NCBI GenBank assembly: GCA_038087875.1
Contig: JAXLNO010002571.1
Coordinates: 62,001 to 126,000 of the forward strand
Source: Malacoraja senta
Lineage: Eukaryota
Length of the DNA: 64,000 nt
Direction of reading: 5' to 3'
This document shows, piece by piece, positions 39,484 through 53,114 of the stretch (its first letter is position 1; the number at the start of each line of letters is the position of its first letter). The notes under the pieces were generated by a model, which was given only the letters and a program-made list of their open reading frames with translations, made no database searches and was not told the origin of the DNA. A program made the position numbers and the translations under genes.

Positions 39484-41031
39484 TGGCTGGCGGAAGAGGG
39501 AGGCGGTGGCGAGGAGTTCCCAACGGCCAAGGCAGCGGGGCGATGTTGTCCGAGGAGCGCTGACCTTCCTTCCTCCCCCCCTCCCCCTCTCTCTCTTGTA
39601 CGCCCCCTCCACCCCCCCCCCTTATCCTGGGACCCCTCCACTCCATCCCGCACTGATCCCCATTCCCGCCTCTATTCAGTCCTCACTGGCATCCCCTGTG
39701 CTCCCCTCCCCATCTACCCCCCCCATCTATTCATCCTGCGCTGATCACCCTATCCACCTCGCATTGATTCTCCTGCCACCCCCCCCCCCCCATCCATCCT
39801 ACACTGGTTCCCCAATTCACCCTGTACTTACCCCTTTCCCGTCCATCCTGTACTAATCCACGCATTCATCCCGTACTGACCCACCCTCCATTTACCCTGC
39901 ACCTTCCCCTCATTCATCCTGTAGTGATCCCCCATTCATCCTGCACAGACCATCCGATCCACACTGTACTGACCCCCCCCATTCATCCTGCGCTGATCTC
40001 CCCCCTCCCCCATCCATCCTGTACTGATCCTCCCATTCAAGAAGAATGGAGGGTCTCGACCCGAAACATTGCCTATTTCCTTCGCTCCATAGATGCTGCC
40101 TCACCCGCTGAGTTTCTCCAGCACTTTTGTCTACCCTCATCCATCCCGTACTGAACCCCCCCATTCAACACCACTGACATCCCCGGTGCTCTCCCCTCAC
40201 AATTTTACCTACTCCAACCAACACGTACTAATTCACCTGCCTCCATCCATCCATTCTGCACCGACTGCCTTCTAACCTCCCCCCCCCCCACCCCCGCCAT
40301 CTATCCACCCCGCACTGATTCACACACACCCCCCTCCCTGACCCTATTGTGCTGGAAATGACTTCAGAGCAAACATTGACTATGTTTGATAACGGAATGC
40401 AATCAAATGTGTTTTAATTCCCAATGTTATTATTTGTTTTAATCCATAAAGATGGATTAATTAAATTGTGAACACGTGAAACATTAAAACCGCAGTGTTC
40501 GATTGTGACTGCTGCCGTTGACACGTTATTACAGAATTCATTTTAACGACAAATCAATGCTCTTAATATGGAGTATCAGTACTCTAGTTATTTAATGAGC
40601 AACATTCACAACTATACGTACGCATATATGTTACCATGGTCCAGGATTTATTGACACAGGTTGATCATACGCTGAATAATCCAACCACATTTTTGTTTGG
40701 AAGTGGAAAGAACTAATAGAAATTGCATTAATTGCAATGTGTAAAAAGAGTTGAGATACTGTCTTATAATTTTGCTGCATGTCATTGTGGGATATATCAT
40801 GTCTTGATTGGTGAATATGTTTAGTTTGTGACTTTATTTGAAGCAGAAATAATATGTGAATGCTTCATTGAGTATAATTCCGACTGGTAACTACGCACTT
40901 CGTCCGAGCACATTATCGCACGCGTCATGCAAGCCGTCTTAAATGACCACCTAAACTGTCATTTGGCAACCTAAAATGCTGCCAAGGTTGCCCGGCTGGC
41001 AACAGGGGAAAAAAGTTAAGCGAGAGCCCTG
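39484..41031. mobile_element. hAT-like element (one end only) with a C-rich minisatellite and an embedded Penelope pLTR piece (~40040-40137)
   Basis: Ends gttaagcgagagccctg, a CAGGG-type TIR. Repeated cattcatcctgcactgatcccc-like units at ~39640-40330. The other terminus is not seen and is presumably lost in the gap. Confidence 0.55.
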
Positions 41032-41304
41032 CTCCCTGTGTGTGTGCGTGTCCGTGTGTGTCTCCCTGTGTGTGTGTGTACGAGTCTGTGTGTGTCTCCC
41101 TGTGTGTGTGTGCGTGTCTCGGCGTGTGTGTCTCCCAGTGTGTGTGCGTGTCTCTGCATGTGTGTGCGTGTCCGTGTGTGTGTGTGTGTCTCCGTTTGTG
41201 TGTGTCTCCCTGTGTGTGTGTGTGTGTGTGTGTGTCTGTGTGTGTGTCTCCCTGTGTGTCTGTGTGTGTCTGTCTCCCTATGTGTGTGTGTCTGTCTCCC
41301 TGTG

Positions 41305-41336
<32 letters not shown>

Positions 41337-41450
41337 TGTGTGTGTGTGTGTGTGTCTGTCTGTCTCCCTCCCTGTGTGTGTCTGTCTCCCTGTGTGTGTG
41401 TGTGTGTGTGTGTGTGTCTTCCTTTGTGTATGTGTCTCCCTGTGTGTCTG
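41032..41450. repeat. Compound (TG)n/(TGCG)n microsatellite with ctccctg interruptions
   Basis: Directly visible; it produces the Cys/Val-rich pseudo-ORFs. Confidence 0.97.
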
Positions 41451-41471
41451 TAGTCACATCCTGGCCTTAGA

Positions 41472-43475
41472 CAGGGCTGCCAACCCTCACGCTTTGAGCG
41501 TGAGAGTCACGCATTTCAGGCAATTCTCACGCTGATGACAGAATTCTCACTCTGTCTTCAGTTCCTGCACAGTTAGTCTCTTTGCGCTACATCACAGCGA
41601 TCTGTGCAGTCTGGGGAAGCGCGTCAGTTGGCGGCTGTGAGTGACGTCGCATCTCTTCTCTTCTGTTCTTTCTTGGTTGGATGTGCAGCCGCTGACTACA
41701 TGAACTAAGCAGGTGAATCGGTTGTAAAACATGGGGGGAATACCACAATGAGGCCAAACATCTAGGACAGGGTTCGGCAATCTACGGCACACGGGCTGAA
41801 TCCGGCCCATAACCCGAAAAAACGCGGGGGGTTTTCAATTCGTTTTCGCGGAGTCGGGGCAGGTGAGCCGACCTGAGAACTGCAGCCAGTCCCTGGGACG
41901 TGAGCTAATCTGAGAACGGCAGCCAGTCCCTGGGCACGCAGAATGCCAACTTGATCATTATGGACAAATTGGGCCACCCATGTACATGTTGTATAACTCT
42001 GACTATGCAGATCTGAATGGGCTTAGAATTACCATTTAATCAAAATTGCCCCCACTTTCCCCATTTTGATTCTTGAGATTAATATCCCTTTGCTCTGTTA
42101 AAGCGATAAAGTACTTATGAGGTAGAGTCAGGGAAGGGAACATGTTATTTTTTTTTTAGTTTGATTTAATTTGTTAGTTGATTGTTTGTTGACTGCCATA
42201 ATGGTCTTAAAGTAACTTAACTGTTATAAAACAGAAATAAGTGATTTTTGTCCAAACAATTGGAACTTGCATAAAATGTTTGCATTATTAGCAGGTCTGC
42301 CAACTCTCACGCATTGACCGTAAGACTCACGCATTTCACAAAATTCTCACGCTCTCACGCTGATCACAAAATTATATAATGAGAATAGGACATGTATTGC
42401 TTAACAAATAGTGTAGGAAGGAATTGCAGATGCTGGTTTAAACTGAAGATAGACACTAAAAACTAGAAAAACTCAGCAGGACAGGCAGCATCTCTGGGGA
42501 GAAAGAATGGGTGATGTTTTGGGTCGAGACCTTCAGCCTGAAGAGGTTGAAAACCAGCCATAAAACACAATGACTGGACATGTGTGTTATCCAACTAAGG
42601 GCAGAAATCAGAATCATGTGTTCATCTTTATTCACGTGACACCATAATAAATATATTACAGAAAAAAACAATTTAATGGGGTGGCACGGTGGTGCAGCGG
42701 TAGAGTTGCTGCCTTACTACCACATGGGTTTTCTCTGGATATTCCGGTTTCTCCCATATCCGAAAGAAGTGCAGGTTTGTAGGTTAATTGGCTTCTGTAA
42801 ATTGTCCCTGGCGTGATGGATGGAATTGGTGTATGATAGATTGCTGGTCGGTGCGGACTTGGTGGGCTGAACGGCCTGTTTCCATATATATTTTTACATA
42901 TATATCTTAATTTCATTGAACTATATATGATTGAATATGTGGCATTATTTTTGTCTTGTTTCTATATTCAAAGGGTAAGGTTGATTGATTTATTTGTGCA
43001 GAACAGTGATGGAAGTCCGACTTTTGCTTTGTTTCTCTGTATTTTTCTCTATATATATGCATAACAGCATGAATATAATCTGATTTCCATACATGAATAT
43101 AATCATTCATGTGCTGCACCTGTTGATCAGAGCCTGGCTCTACTGTGGAATGTAATTAGGAATGTAATTTAGCCTAACCTTATTCATACCTAACCCAATT
43201 TAAAGCATAAATGTTGCATTCAAGTGTAAGTTAAAAGACTCACTACAGTATGCACCAGATTGCACAATTTCAAGCTGAAAAATGCAAAAATTCCCAACAA
43301 AAGCTGCATTTTTCAGCTTGAAATTGTGCAATCTGTTGGACTTCCGCAAAAGTTGGACTTCCATCACTGTTCTGCACAAATTAGGGAACACCCCCTCCCA
43401 CACCCTCCCCCCCTCAGTCGCTACGTTCCTTCGCAATTTCTCACTCTCAACTCTCACCCAATGTTGGCAGCCCTG
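41472..43475. mobile_element. hAT-like non-autonomous element with nested SINE and Penelope pieces
   Basis: Left TIR cagggctgccaac (41472), a second left-end copy caggtctgccaactctcacgc (42292), and right TIR gttggcagccctg (ends 43475). No 8-bp TSD found. Confidence 0.65.
42678..42885 (+). mobile_element. Internally deleted tRNA-derived SINE (HE1/V-SINE-like)
   Basis: Head ggtggcacggtggtgcagcggtagagttgctgccttac is joined directly to the core; 3' end ggcctgtttcca. Confidence 0.75.
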
Positions 43476-44754
43476 CAACATGCACTTTGTCTAATGTAGA
43501 AATGAGGAACTGTCGATGCTTACAAAGCTGTCGATGGTTTACAAAAAAAAGACACAAAGTGCACGAGTAACTGGGCGGGTCAGGGAGCGTCGGTTGCTAC
43601 TTGATCTGCTAAGTTTACTCCAGCACTTTGTGTCTTCATTTACTTTGCCTACTTAATTAAATTTTGCTCCTTCTGGCTAACATTCTGCGTTTTGGACGCT
43701 GAGATTTATCTGTATACCACCAACATCTCACACAACTGTAATTAAACTTTTCAATCTGTTATTTTATTTCCTTAAAGAAAGGAACAAATGTATAGTTTCA
43801 TTGATTGAACCCGATTCACAGTAAAGATGACCCTTTTTACTGTTCACGCTACCAGAAATCTAACTCCACTCTCACAATCTCATTCTCAATGAACTGCTAT
43901 AGTCACAATAACGTACTGTCCCAGACTTCTAGGAGGACTTTTAATGTACTCATGTTGGGACAAAATCACAATGGCTTAAGGTTCTTGGTCAGGAAGTTGT
44001 AGGCTGTAACACAAGATGACAACATGGGCATATGTGCTTGCAGTGTTTCCTCAAGGTAAGCTTATTTCACATGTATCACAATAAACAGTTGCCAGATTTA
44101 AAACTGGACCTTTCCTACCGGGAATATGGGAATCTTGGATAATGTATAATGTAACAGAATGAAAGGTTTGTACAGTTATTAAATCAGTTGTGCAACATCA
44201 AACAAATCACTCTGACAATGTTACTGTTCTATCGTTTTAAATATGTAGATGGATGTGCATGAACTCAAGATAAAGAGACAGACGAGCAATGTATGATTTG
44301 ATTAAAATGTCAACATTGCTCGAATAACAACCAAAGAATAATCATCTTTATTCCCCGTCTGCTCTTCTCATCACTTTGCTCATTTAGTTTCAAGGACAGG
44401 AGCAAAATGCTTAAAATTTAATATGGTTCTGAAATAACTTTGAATGTGATGGAGAATAACAAGAATGAAGGAATTACTAAGTAATCAAGAGCTTGAGTAT
44501 GAAGGATTTAGTACTCTTGTGTCTGCATATCTCAGGAATTGAAACTTTTAAACAAAATCAGTTTAGAAAAAACTGTGACAGTGAGGATGCTGTTGTGTCT
44601 TGGGAAGAAAACATGGGGCTGTGGGTGCCAGATGAAGAACAAGATAAGAAAATGCAGGGTTTTGCAGTTTGGCAGGAAGAACTAAAATGCAGAATGTTAG
44701 ATAATGGAGAAAGACTACAAAATACTGCTGTGCAGAGCAATTTGTGTTCTCATT

Positions 44755-45950
44755 TTTGAAGAAGTAACCAAGGAGATTGATGTAGGCATGGCCATAGACA
44801 TTGTCTATATGGTCTTCAGCAAGGCCTTTGATAAGGTTCTGCATGGCAGGCTGCTCTGGAAGGTTAGATTGCATGGAATCCATGGAAACCTAACTAGATA
44901 CAGAAATGTCTTCATTGTCAGGAACAGAGGGCTGTGGTGGAGGGAGTTTTACGGACTGGTCTGTTACGAGTGGTGCATCGCAGCGATCGGTTCTGGGCTC
45001 ATTGCTGTTTGTCATCCATATGAACAATTTGGATGAGAATGTACAAGGCATGATCAATATATCAATATGCTTGCTGATCACACTAAAGCAGATGGTGTCA
45101 TTGACAGGGAAGGAGGCTATCAAGAATGACAGCAGGATCTTGTTCAGCTGGGCAAGTGGGTCGAGGTATAGCTAAAGGAGTTTAATGCTGATAAGTGTGA
45201 GGTGTTACATTTTGGGAAGTCAACCAAGGAGAAACAAATGGTAGGGCACTGGGGAGCATTGTTGAACAGAGGGACTTTTAGGCATACAAGTACATAATTC
45301 CCTTAAATAGAATCCTGGTATATAGGGTGGTTGGTGAAGGTGGTTTTTGGCATATTGGCCTTCATGAGCCAGGAAATTGATTACAGAAGTTGGGACATAA
45401 TGTTCGAGTTGAACAAGACAGTTATTGTGTTCAGTTTTAATCACCTTGCTGTAGGAAGGATAGTTAAGGTAGAAAGCATACAGAAAAAAATTACGAGGAT
45501 GTTATCGGGACTTGAGGGCTTAAGCTATAGGGAGAGGTTGGACAGGCTAGAACTTTATTCCTTGCAGCACTTGAGGTCGCTTGGTGATCTTATATATAAA
45601 ATCATGAGGGAAATACGGTGAATGCACAGTGTTTTTTCCAGGGTAGAGATATCAAGAACTAACATGCATAGGTTTAAGGTGAGAGTGACAAGATTTAAAA
45701 GGAACTTGAGGGACAACTTTTTTCACACAGAGGGTGGTGGGTATATGGAACAAGCTGCCAGAATTAGTTGTTGAGGAAAGTACAATAACAATATTTAAAA
45801 GACATTTGGGCAGGTACATGGATATTAAAGTTTTAGAGGGATCGGGGCCAAATATGAGCAAATGGGTTTAGCTTGGGTGGTGCATCTTGGTTTGCATGGC
45901 AGATTTGAGCCGAAGTGCTTGTTTCTGTGCTGCATCACTCAATGCCTCTA
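44755..45950 (+). mobile_element. CR1 LINE reverse-transcriptase and 3' fragment
   Basis: DIVYMVFSKAFDKVLHGRLLWK, VTSGASQRSVLGSLLFVIHMNNLD and GLEGLSYRERLDRLELYSL, with frameshifts. Older CR1 remnants continue to ~46560. Confidence 0.9.
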
Positions 45951-48900
45951 AATGCAAAGTTAACACGCAGGCACAACAAGTAACAAGGAAAACTAGTTAA
46001 ATGCTAACCATATTGCAAAGGTAGCACAAAAGCACAAAAGACTTTGCCCAAATTCTGAGGACTGCAGTGAGACTACAGTTGGTAAATTGTACATCATTTT
46101 GATCTCTTTATTTATGGAGGGATGTATTTGCATTGGAAGCAATTTAGAGATATTTTATTACGTAGATTCCAATGATTAATAGGGCAATCTCATAAGAAAC
46201 AAGTTAATATGTGGTGCCTATTCATCATTAGCATTTGGAAGAAAGAGTGATCTTAAGTAAGGTTTTAAGGGGGTTGACAAGGTAGAAACTGAGGGATGCT
46301 TCACCCTTGGAGATAAATTGAGAACTGAGGCATACCTTCAGGAAAAGGAATCACCAATATAATAAGATGAGGAGGATCTTCTCAAAGAAAATTATGGATC
46401 TTTAAAATACTACCTACAAAATAGTGGACTGAATCATTGAATATATTCACGGATAAGGTGAGTCATGGGTTATGGGGAATGGGCAGGAAAGTTGAGCCAA
46501 GGTCAAGATCAGATCAGCCATTATCTTATTTAATGGTGATGATGCCTTTTAATTTTTTGTTCTGCAGGACACATTTGAATGGAATCTCGGGCCATGGTAA
46601 TTACATGCGTGGTACAAGGGTCATTGATCATTGCATGTCTCATGATTGAAATAGAAGATATTTTCTTCTAATATTTTAATTCTTCAAAACAGTGGGAATG
46701 CACATTTCGGAAAGGGCAGGCTTTCACATATTTCGTTTCTTGACCTCTGTGAAGTATGTTTCCATTTACAGTGGGTAGATTGCATCAGAAAACATTTTTT
46801 ATTGTTCCACATGATGGTTCAATACGCAGGTTTACGAACAAGTAAGAGCCACGTAGACCAATGCAAACAAGTAACATTTTCAATTGATTGTATTTTCAAT
46901 TGATTGTATTCAGCCAAACCCGTACGAAATTTGACCAAAGAATCCAAGTCTGAAGTAGGGTGCACTCAAGAGATCCTACAAATGCCTCGAGTGGATGCAA
47001 AATATGCCAAGGCATACTTTTAAAGACCCAGGTGTTCCCCCAGGGTTCTGACCAACCTTCATCCATCAATTAATTTAATGATTAATTTTGTCATTAAAAC
47101 ATTGCTATATTTGAGACATTGCTGAGCATAAAATAACTGCCATGTTTTGTTTCACATTACTTCTATAAAATGTATTCATTCTTGTAAGACATTGGCTGTG
47201 CGATGCTTTAGGTTATTCTGAGGCTGTAAAACTGTTTCACTATGTGCAACCTCTTACTTTTACTAAATTACAGAGTGTAACATGGAAAACCAAATGAGAG
47301 CTGTACACATAGCTGCTTTGAATTTGTAGTGAGCAGGAAATATCAGATGGCCACTCTGACATTTATTTTCCCTTTTATCAAAGTGACTAGCAACCTAGTA
47401 TCTTCCATTGGGCATCGGAGACACAACTGTAATAGCAAGCTCACTAACAAAATAATCAAATTTCAGAAATCTCAAACACAAACCAAAGCAATAAAAATAA
47501 GATTTTTAAGACTATTTTAATTAAATATACAGGAACCGTGGAATATGCATGTTAAATGTTTTAAATAAAATAATGATTTTAATTTAGAAATTCATTCTTA
47601 TTATGAGGAAACGGACCTTCAAATGTATAAATTAGATATTTTTGAGATCTGAGGTCAGCAATTATGACAGTGGATTATTAAAATCGTTCATCAGGGGGTT
47701 GTCAGTTTGAATGGATTTTAAACAAAGAACAGAATGTATAAAGTTGGAGGCACACCTATCAACTACATCTATTTTGCTGCATCCTGGAACTCCAAATTCC
47801 AATTCCTCACTTCAAAGCACGTTTGGGACATTTCAAACCATTTCAGCACAAAGCTGCATAAAATTTCTAAACTGTCCTCAATGTTTAGGAATACTGAAAA
47901 ATGTAACATGTATGATACATTATAGTTCCAGGATTTTAATGCAACAATGGCACTTTGTATTGGAATAGATTGAAATGACACCAACGTACGTGGGAATGGA
48001 GTGGAAGTGGAATTCCAGGATGGAGCAAATTTTTAATGCAATCATATATGGTATTAATTATAGATCAGATACTTGGGGACAGCAGTGTTAGCCGCTGCCG
48101 AGTTGTTAGCATTTCTCCGGGAACAAAAATTCTGATTTTTTTTTTGTGCTTTGCATCCAAAAGTAATCTCTTTTTCCAGATTGAAATGCCATTTTTAGAT
48201 CTATTTGCACCACTTTATATTTGGTCAGTTACTTTCAATTTAATGCACCCTTACACACCCAACTTGATTTTTCCACCATTCATGCAAGAGATGGATTCAT
48301 TCCTTGTGCAGTGTTCTTTTGAGCACCGCAGGGGAACTTAGATCATTCTGAAGAGCGACAATAAATGGGTGCTTCCTGCAACCAAGGTTTCACAAAGGAA
48401 AATCCCAAAGGTATCTTTGACATTTCATGCTCCTCTAGAAACATAGAAACATAGAAAGTAGGTGCGAGAGTAGACCACCAGGCCCATCGAGCCCGCACCG
48501 CCATTCGCTCATGGCTGAACACTAAACAGACACCCTTACCCACAAACAGTAGACACAAGACACAGAACACAAGACACTACCCTCCCCTTTATATCGCTAT
48601 CACCCCTCTCCACCCCAAGAACCGCGTTTCTTACTCACCTGTTTCCACACAGCATTGCCATCTTCCGATCTTGCTCACTGGCACAAACCCACTGGTTTGA
48701 TTCTGGTCACCTGCACCCCACAACAATCTACCCAATTTCTCACCTACATCATGCCCTGAACCTTGACTTCAACCACCTCCCCACCCACCTCAAGATGAAC
48801 TCCACCTCTGTCCCAGGTACCACATTTTCTATCACAAAAATATTTTAATGCCCTTTCAACTGTGTTATGGCCTTGGGCATGCTCTGTTGCATTTCTAGAA

Positions 48901-48957
48901 AAGTTGTCTAACAACACATGAATAGATGAAATCACAAAATCAGAACCCTGAACCACT

Positions 48958-49235
48958 TATAGAGTCATAGAGTGATACAGTGTGAAAACAGTCCCTTCTG
49001 CCCAATTTGCCCACACCAGCCAACATGTCCCAGCTACACCAGTCCCACCTGCCAGCATTTGGTCCATATCCCTCAAACCTGTCCTATCCATGTACCTGTC
49101 TAACTGCTTCTTATAAGTTGGGATAGTCCTTGCCCCAACTACCTCCTCTGGCAGCTCGTTCCATACACCCACCACCCTTTGTGTGAAAAAGTTACTCCTC
49201 AGATTCCTATTAAATCTTTTACCCTTCACCTTAAA
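48958..49235 (-). mobile_element. CR1 3' end
   Basis: FKVKGKRFNRNLRSNFFTQRVVGVWNELPEEVV...YKKQLDRYMDR, and tail ctgtatcactctatgactcta. Confidence 0.9.
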
Positions 49236-49442
49236 ATCTGGGGAATATCGCAGACATCCCGTCAATGACAACTCCCTCTTGAATCAGTCACATTGGTAAT
49301 TCAGTATCCCAACTGGTCCATTTCAAGATTTAATTGTTTTGTGTATGAAAATTTTGATATTTTCTCAATTTTCCTTTGATCATTTCAAATATCTGTCATT
49401 ATCATTTCTTATTTTTAGTGCTGCATCAATGAGCGTACTATC

Positions 49443-49572
49443 CTGAAGAAGGGTCTCGACCTGAAACGTCACCTATTCCTTTGCTCCATAGATGTTGCCA
49501 CACCCGCTGAGTTTCTCCAGCATTTTTGTCTGCCTTTGATTTTACCAGCATCTGCAGTTCTTTCTTAAACAT
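49443..49572 (+). mobile_element. Short Penelope pLTR-derived element beginning with a minimal hammerhead ribozyme core
   Basis: ctgaagaagggtctcgacctgaaacgtc followed by acctattcctttgctccatagatg...catctgcagttctttcttaaac. Confidence 0.85.
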
Positions 49573-50362
49573 AAATACTTTCCTTTATCACCTTTTATGC
49601 AGTCTGACTCCTCACGTGGATACTGTCCCAGAAATAATTTAAGCTACTGAATGTTTTAGGATATTTAATAAATATTTCAGAAATATATTGTAAGGGTGTG
49701 GTAATAGCAGAAATTAATAAGTGTAAATGATTTTAGGCATGAAATGCCCTCCTGTGCTGAAGTAACTTTGACTTGACACTGTTGCAGACCTAACACAAAT
49801 TTGCTGCGAGTACTATTGCCGCCAGTACACACCTAACTGGCTGCCATCCAACTAATGCTTAATGAGTCTGAAACCATACAGATGCCTATATCATGTCTCA
49901 TCCAAATCGTGTTCAAACATCATTTCTGAACTTAATGACCTGTACAATCCAGACTAAAAAACAAATTGTAACAGAACAATCAGCATTATTCTCTGCACTT
50001 CTTTCCAAAAATGTCTGCCTCCTTAAAACCCTGCTAAAGACTCAGCCACATTAAAAAAAATGATTCTCAATTGGTAGCACTAAACATGCTTCATCGTACC
50101 AGCAGCATTGTACTCTGCCTCTGAAATTCATTTCCATTGAATTCAATGGAATTAACTTGAGATAAACTCAACATGCTGCTCCACATTTAGTGCAGGCAAT
50201 TGAAGATGTTTTTTTAAACAATACTTTCATACACGCCTTTGGCTAACCCCACAGCTCGCTCATTCTCATCATACTTTGCCAGTCTCTCTTGTATTCAATG
50301 GTGAAGCACGATGTAATGTTTTCCGAAACATTAAAAAGGGTGCTACATAAATTGAAGTTGAT

Positions 50363-50566
50363 CATAAGGTCATAAGTAATAAGAGTAGAATGAGGCCATC
50401 CGGCCCATCAAGTCTACTCCGTCATTCAATCATGGTTGATCTATTTCTCCCTCGTAACCCCATTCTCCTGCCATCTCCCTATAACCCCTGACACCCGTAC
50501 TAATAAAGAATCTATCTATCTCTGTTTAAAAAAATATCCTTTGACGTGGCCTCCACATCCTTCTGT
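50363..50566 (-). mobile_element. CR1 3' end (short)
   Basis: cataaggtcataagt...gaggccatccggcccatcaagtctactccgtcattcaatcatgg is the reverse complement of a CR1 tail. Confidence 0.75.
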
Positions 50567-50644
50567 GCTTTAGTGTTATATGAATAACTTAAAAGAGGCA
50601 CATAAATTATACCCTGATCGAGCTCGGTAGGTAAAGACAAACAG

Positions 50645-50950
50645 AGGTGGCACTGTGGCGCAGCAGTAGAGTTGCTGCTATAGAGCCAGAAACTCATGTT
50701 CGATCCTGACTATGGGTACTGTCTGTACGGAGTTTGCATGTTATCTCTGTGACTGCTTGGGTGTTCTCTGCGTGCTCCAGTTTCCTCCCACATTCCAAAG
50801 ACCCGCAGGTTTGTAGGTTAATTGGCTTCTGTAAATTGTCCCTAATGTGTAGGATAGAACTAATGTATAGGGTGATTGTTGGTCGATGTGGACTCGGTGG
50901 GCTGAGCGGCCCGTTTCCACACTGTATCTCTAAACTAAACTAAAGTAAAG
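50645..50950 (+). mobile_element. tRNA-derived SINE (HE1/V-SINE-like)
   Basis: Full head, core and tail ending ctgtatctctaaactaaactaaagtaaag. More degenerate copies lie at ~2680-2840 (-), 3808-4040, 33555-33875 and 56180-56490. Confidence 0.85.
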
Positions 50951-51274
50951 CATCAACTACCCAAGAAGAGAATAGATAACGACATTGAAAGGCCTTTCTT
51001 TAAAGAAAGTGTTTTGTGACAAATATGATTTTAGTGCTATATGAATTAAAGATTTTTGTCTTTAGATTTATTGAATCAAAATTAGAAACAGGATTAAATA
51101 ATGTGAAGCCCAGCATTATATTGCAGCCTCCAAAATGTACCAACTGATGGTTTCTTAAAGTTTCAATTACTTCAACACAGGCTAAAAGATAACATTAAAA
51201 ATGTTTTGTAATGCGGTAGTAGAATTTAACTTCACAGATAATCTGAATACATTAGTGTAGGTGTAGCTGCTGCT

Positions 51275-53114
51275 GCTGGCGCCGACATTGGCTGCCACAG
51301 TGTGCTGCTCCTTGCTGTTTTGTATGTGTTTCTTCGTTTATGTCGTCTGTGAAAACCCTACAAAGATTACTTTCACGGGAGAGGTACTCAAACAGACATA
51401 CAGTACCTCCAAACATCGTTCCGGATTTCTCTCACTCGCTGGATTATTTGGATATACTCGTCGGCGGGGCTGTGGCTGCGTTCAAGGTCTTGAGACGGAG
51501 GAGGACCCGTGGGAAGTGCTTTGGAGCACTCACCCGACTCCGGCGACGAGGATCACGCACACCGATCCCAAGCATATTCCTGGCAAACGTACGTTCTCTC
51601 AATAACAAAGTGGACGAACTGCAACTCCTGCGCCGGACAAACAAGGACTTCTCCTGAGCCGCTGCCCTATGCTTGACCGAGACCTGGCTGTGTGAGTCGA
51701 CCCCGGACAGCACGCTGCAACTGGCTGGCTTCCAGCTTCACAGAGCGGACCACAGGAGGCAGTGGGGAAATCAAGAGGCAGTGGAATATGCTTCTATACC
51801 AACCAGGACTGGTACAGCGACATCATAGTACTGTCAAAGTTCTGCTCTCCCAACCTAGAATCCTTCTTTATAAACTGCAAACCCCTGCTGGACGCTCTGC
51901 GGGCCAATAGATCTGTGGATGACGTAGTCAACCTGGGCCTGCACTTCATACTCTAGCACCTAGACCGCCAGGGGACCTATGCGAGGATTTTGTTTGTTGA
52001 TTTTAGCTCTGCATTCAACGCCATTGTGCCAGAGCTACTACACTCCAAACTTTTTGAGTTGGCTGTGCCTGAACCCCTTTGTCGGTGGATCCATCAGCTT
52101 CCTGACAGACAGGAAGTAGCATGTGAGGCTGGGAAAGCACATCTCGGACCCGCACACCCTCAGCATAGGAGCACAGCAAGGCTGCGTACTCTCCCTCTCC
52201 TCTACTCTCTCTACACCAATGACTGCACCTCCACTGACTCCTCTGTCAAGCTTCTCAAGTTTGCGGACGACATAACCCTGATTGGACTGATCCAGGATGG
52301 GGAGGAATCTGCCTACAGACAGGAAGTGACACAGCTGGAGTCCTGGTGCCATCGCAACAATGTGGAGCTCAATGCTCTTAAGACAGTGGAATTGATAGTA
52401 GACTTTAGGAATGCTCCCCCTCCGCTCACGCCACTCACCATCAGCAACACCACAGTCACATCCATGGAGTATTTTACGTTCCTGGGAACCATCAGCTCCA
52501 AGGACCTTAAGTGGGGGGCTACCATCGACTCCACAGTCAAAAAGGCACAACATCTGAGGAAGCACAATCTGCCACAGGCAATGATGGTCCAATTCTACAC
52601 GGCCATCGTAGAGTCTGTCCTCACCTTCTCCATCATGGTCTGGTTTGGCTCAGCCACCGAGCACAACATCCGGAGGCTGCAGTGAATCGTTCGATCAACT
52701 GAGAAGGTTATTGGCTGCAACCTTCTCTCCGTTGACGAACTGTACACTGCAAGGGCCAGGAAGCGAGCGGGTAAGATCATCTCTGACTCCTCTCACCCAG
52801 ACCACAAACTCGTTGAATCACTTCCCTCTGGAAGGCGACTCCGGACTGTCAAAGCTGCCACAGCCAGACATAAAAAAGCTTTTTTCCACGAGTAGTAGCT
52901 CTACTCAATAACCAAAAATCTGTAGCCTCCTTTTGCTCTGGTATTTTATTTGTTTCACATGTTTCATCAATAATGTTTTATTATTAATGTTTAATGTTTT
53001 ATGTATCATCCCTAACTGTCACTGTATGTCATGCTGTCATTTGCGGGCGGAGCACCAAGGCAAATTCGTGTATGTGAATACTTGGCCAATAAACTTATTC
53101 ATTCATTCATTCAT
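51275..53114 (+). mobile_element. Rex1/Babar LINE, internally deleted (EN start fused to RT end)
   Basis: EN motifs PSIFLANVRSLNNKVDEL and CLTETWL. RT motifs FVDFSSAFNAI, PLLYSLYTNDC and LLKFADDITLIGLI. Tail aataaacttattcattcattcattca. Stops and frameshifts present; deletion junction near 51885. Confidence 0.92.

Noticed and set aside
39157-39856. ORFs spanning the N run, and Pro-rich ORFs
   Set aside because: Artefacts of the gap and the C-rich minisatellite.
40976-41535. Cys/Val-rich ORFs
   Set aside because: Translations of a (TG)n microsatellite.
48639-48710. 72-nt open, phase-compatible exon-like unit on the minus strand with a strong cag|gtgagt donor
   Set aside because: The acceptor (ttgttgtggggtgcag) lacks a polypyrimidine tract, the peptide has no similarity to SIPA1L1, and it sits among repeat fragments.
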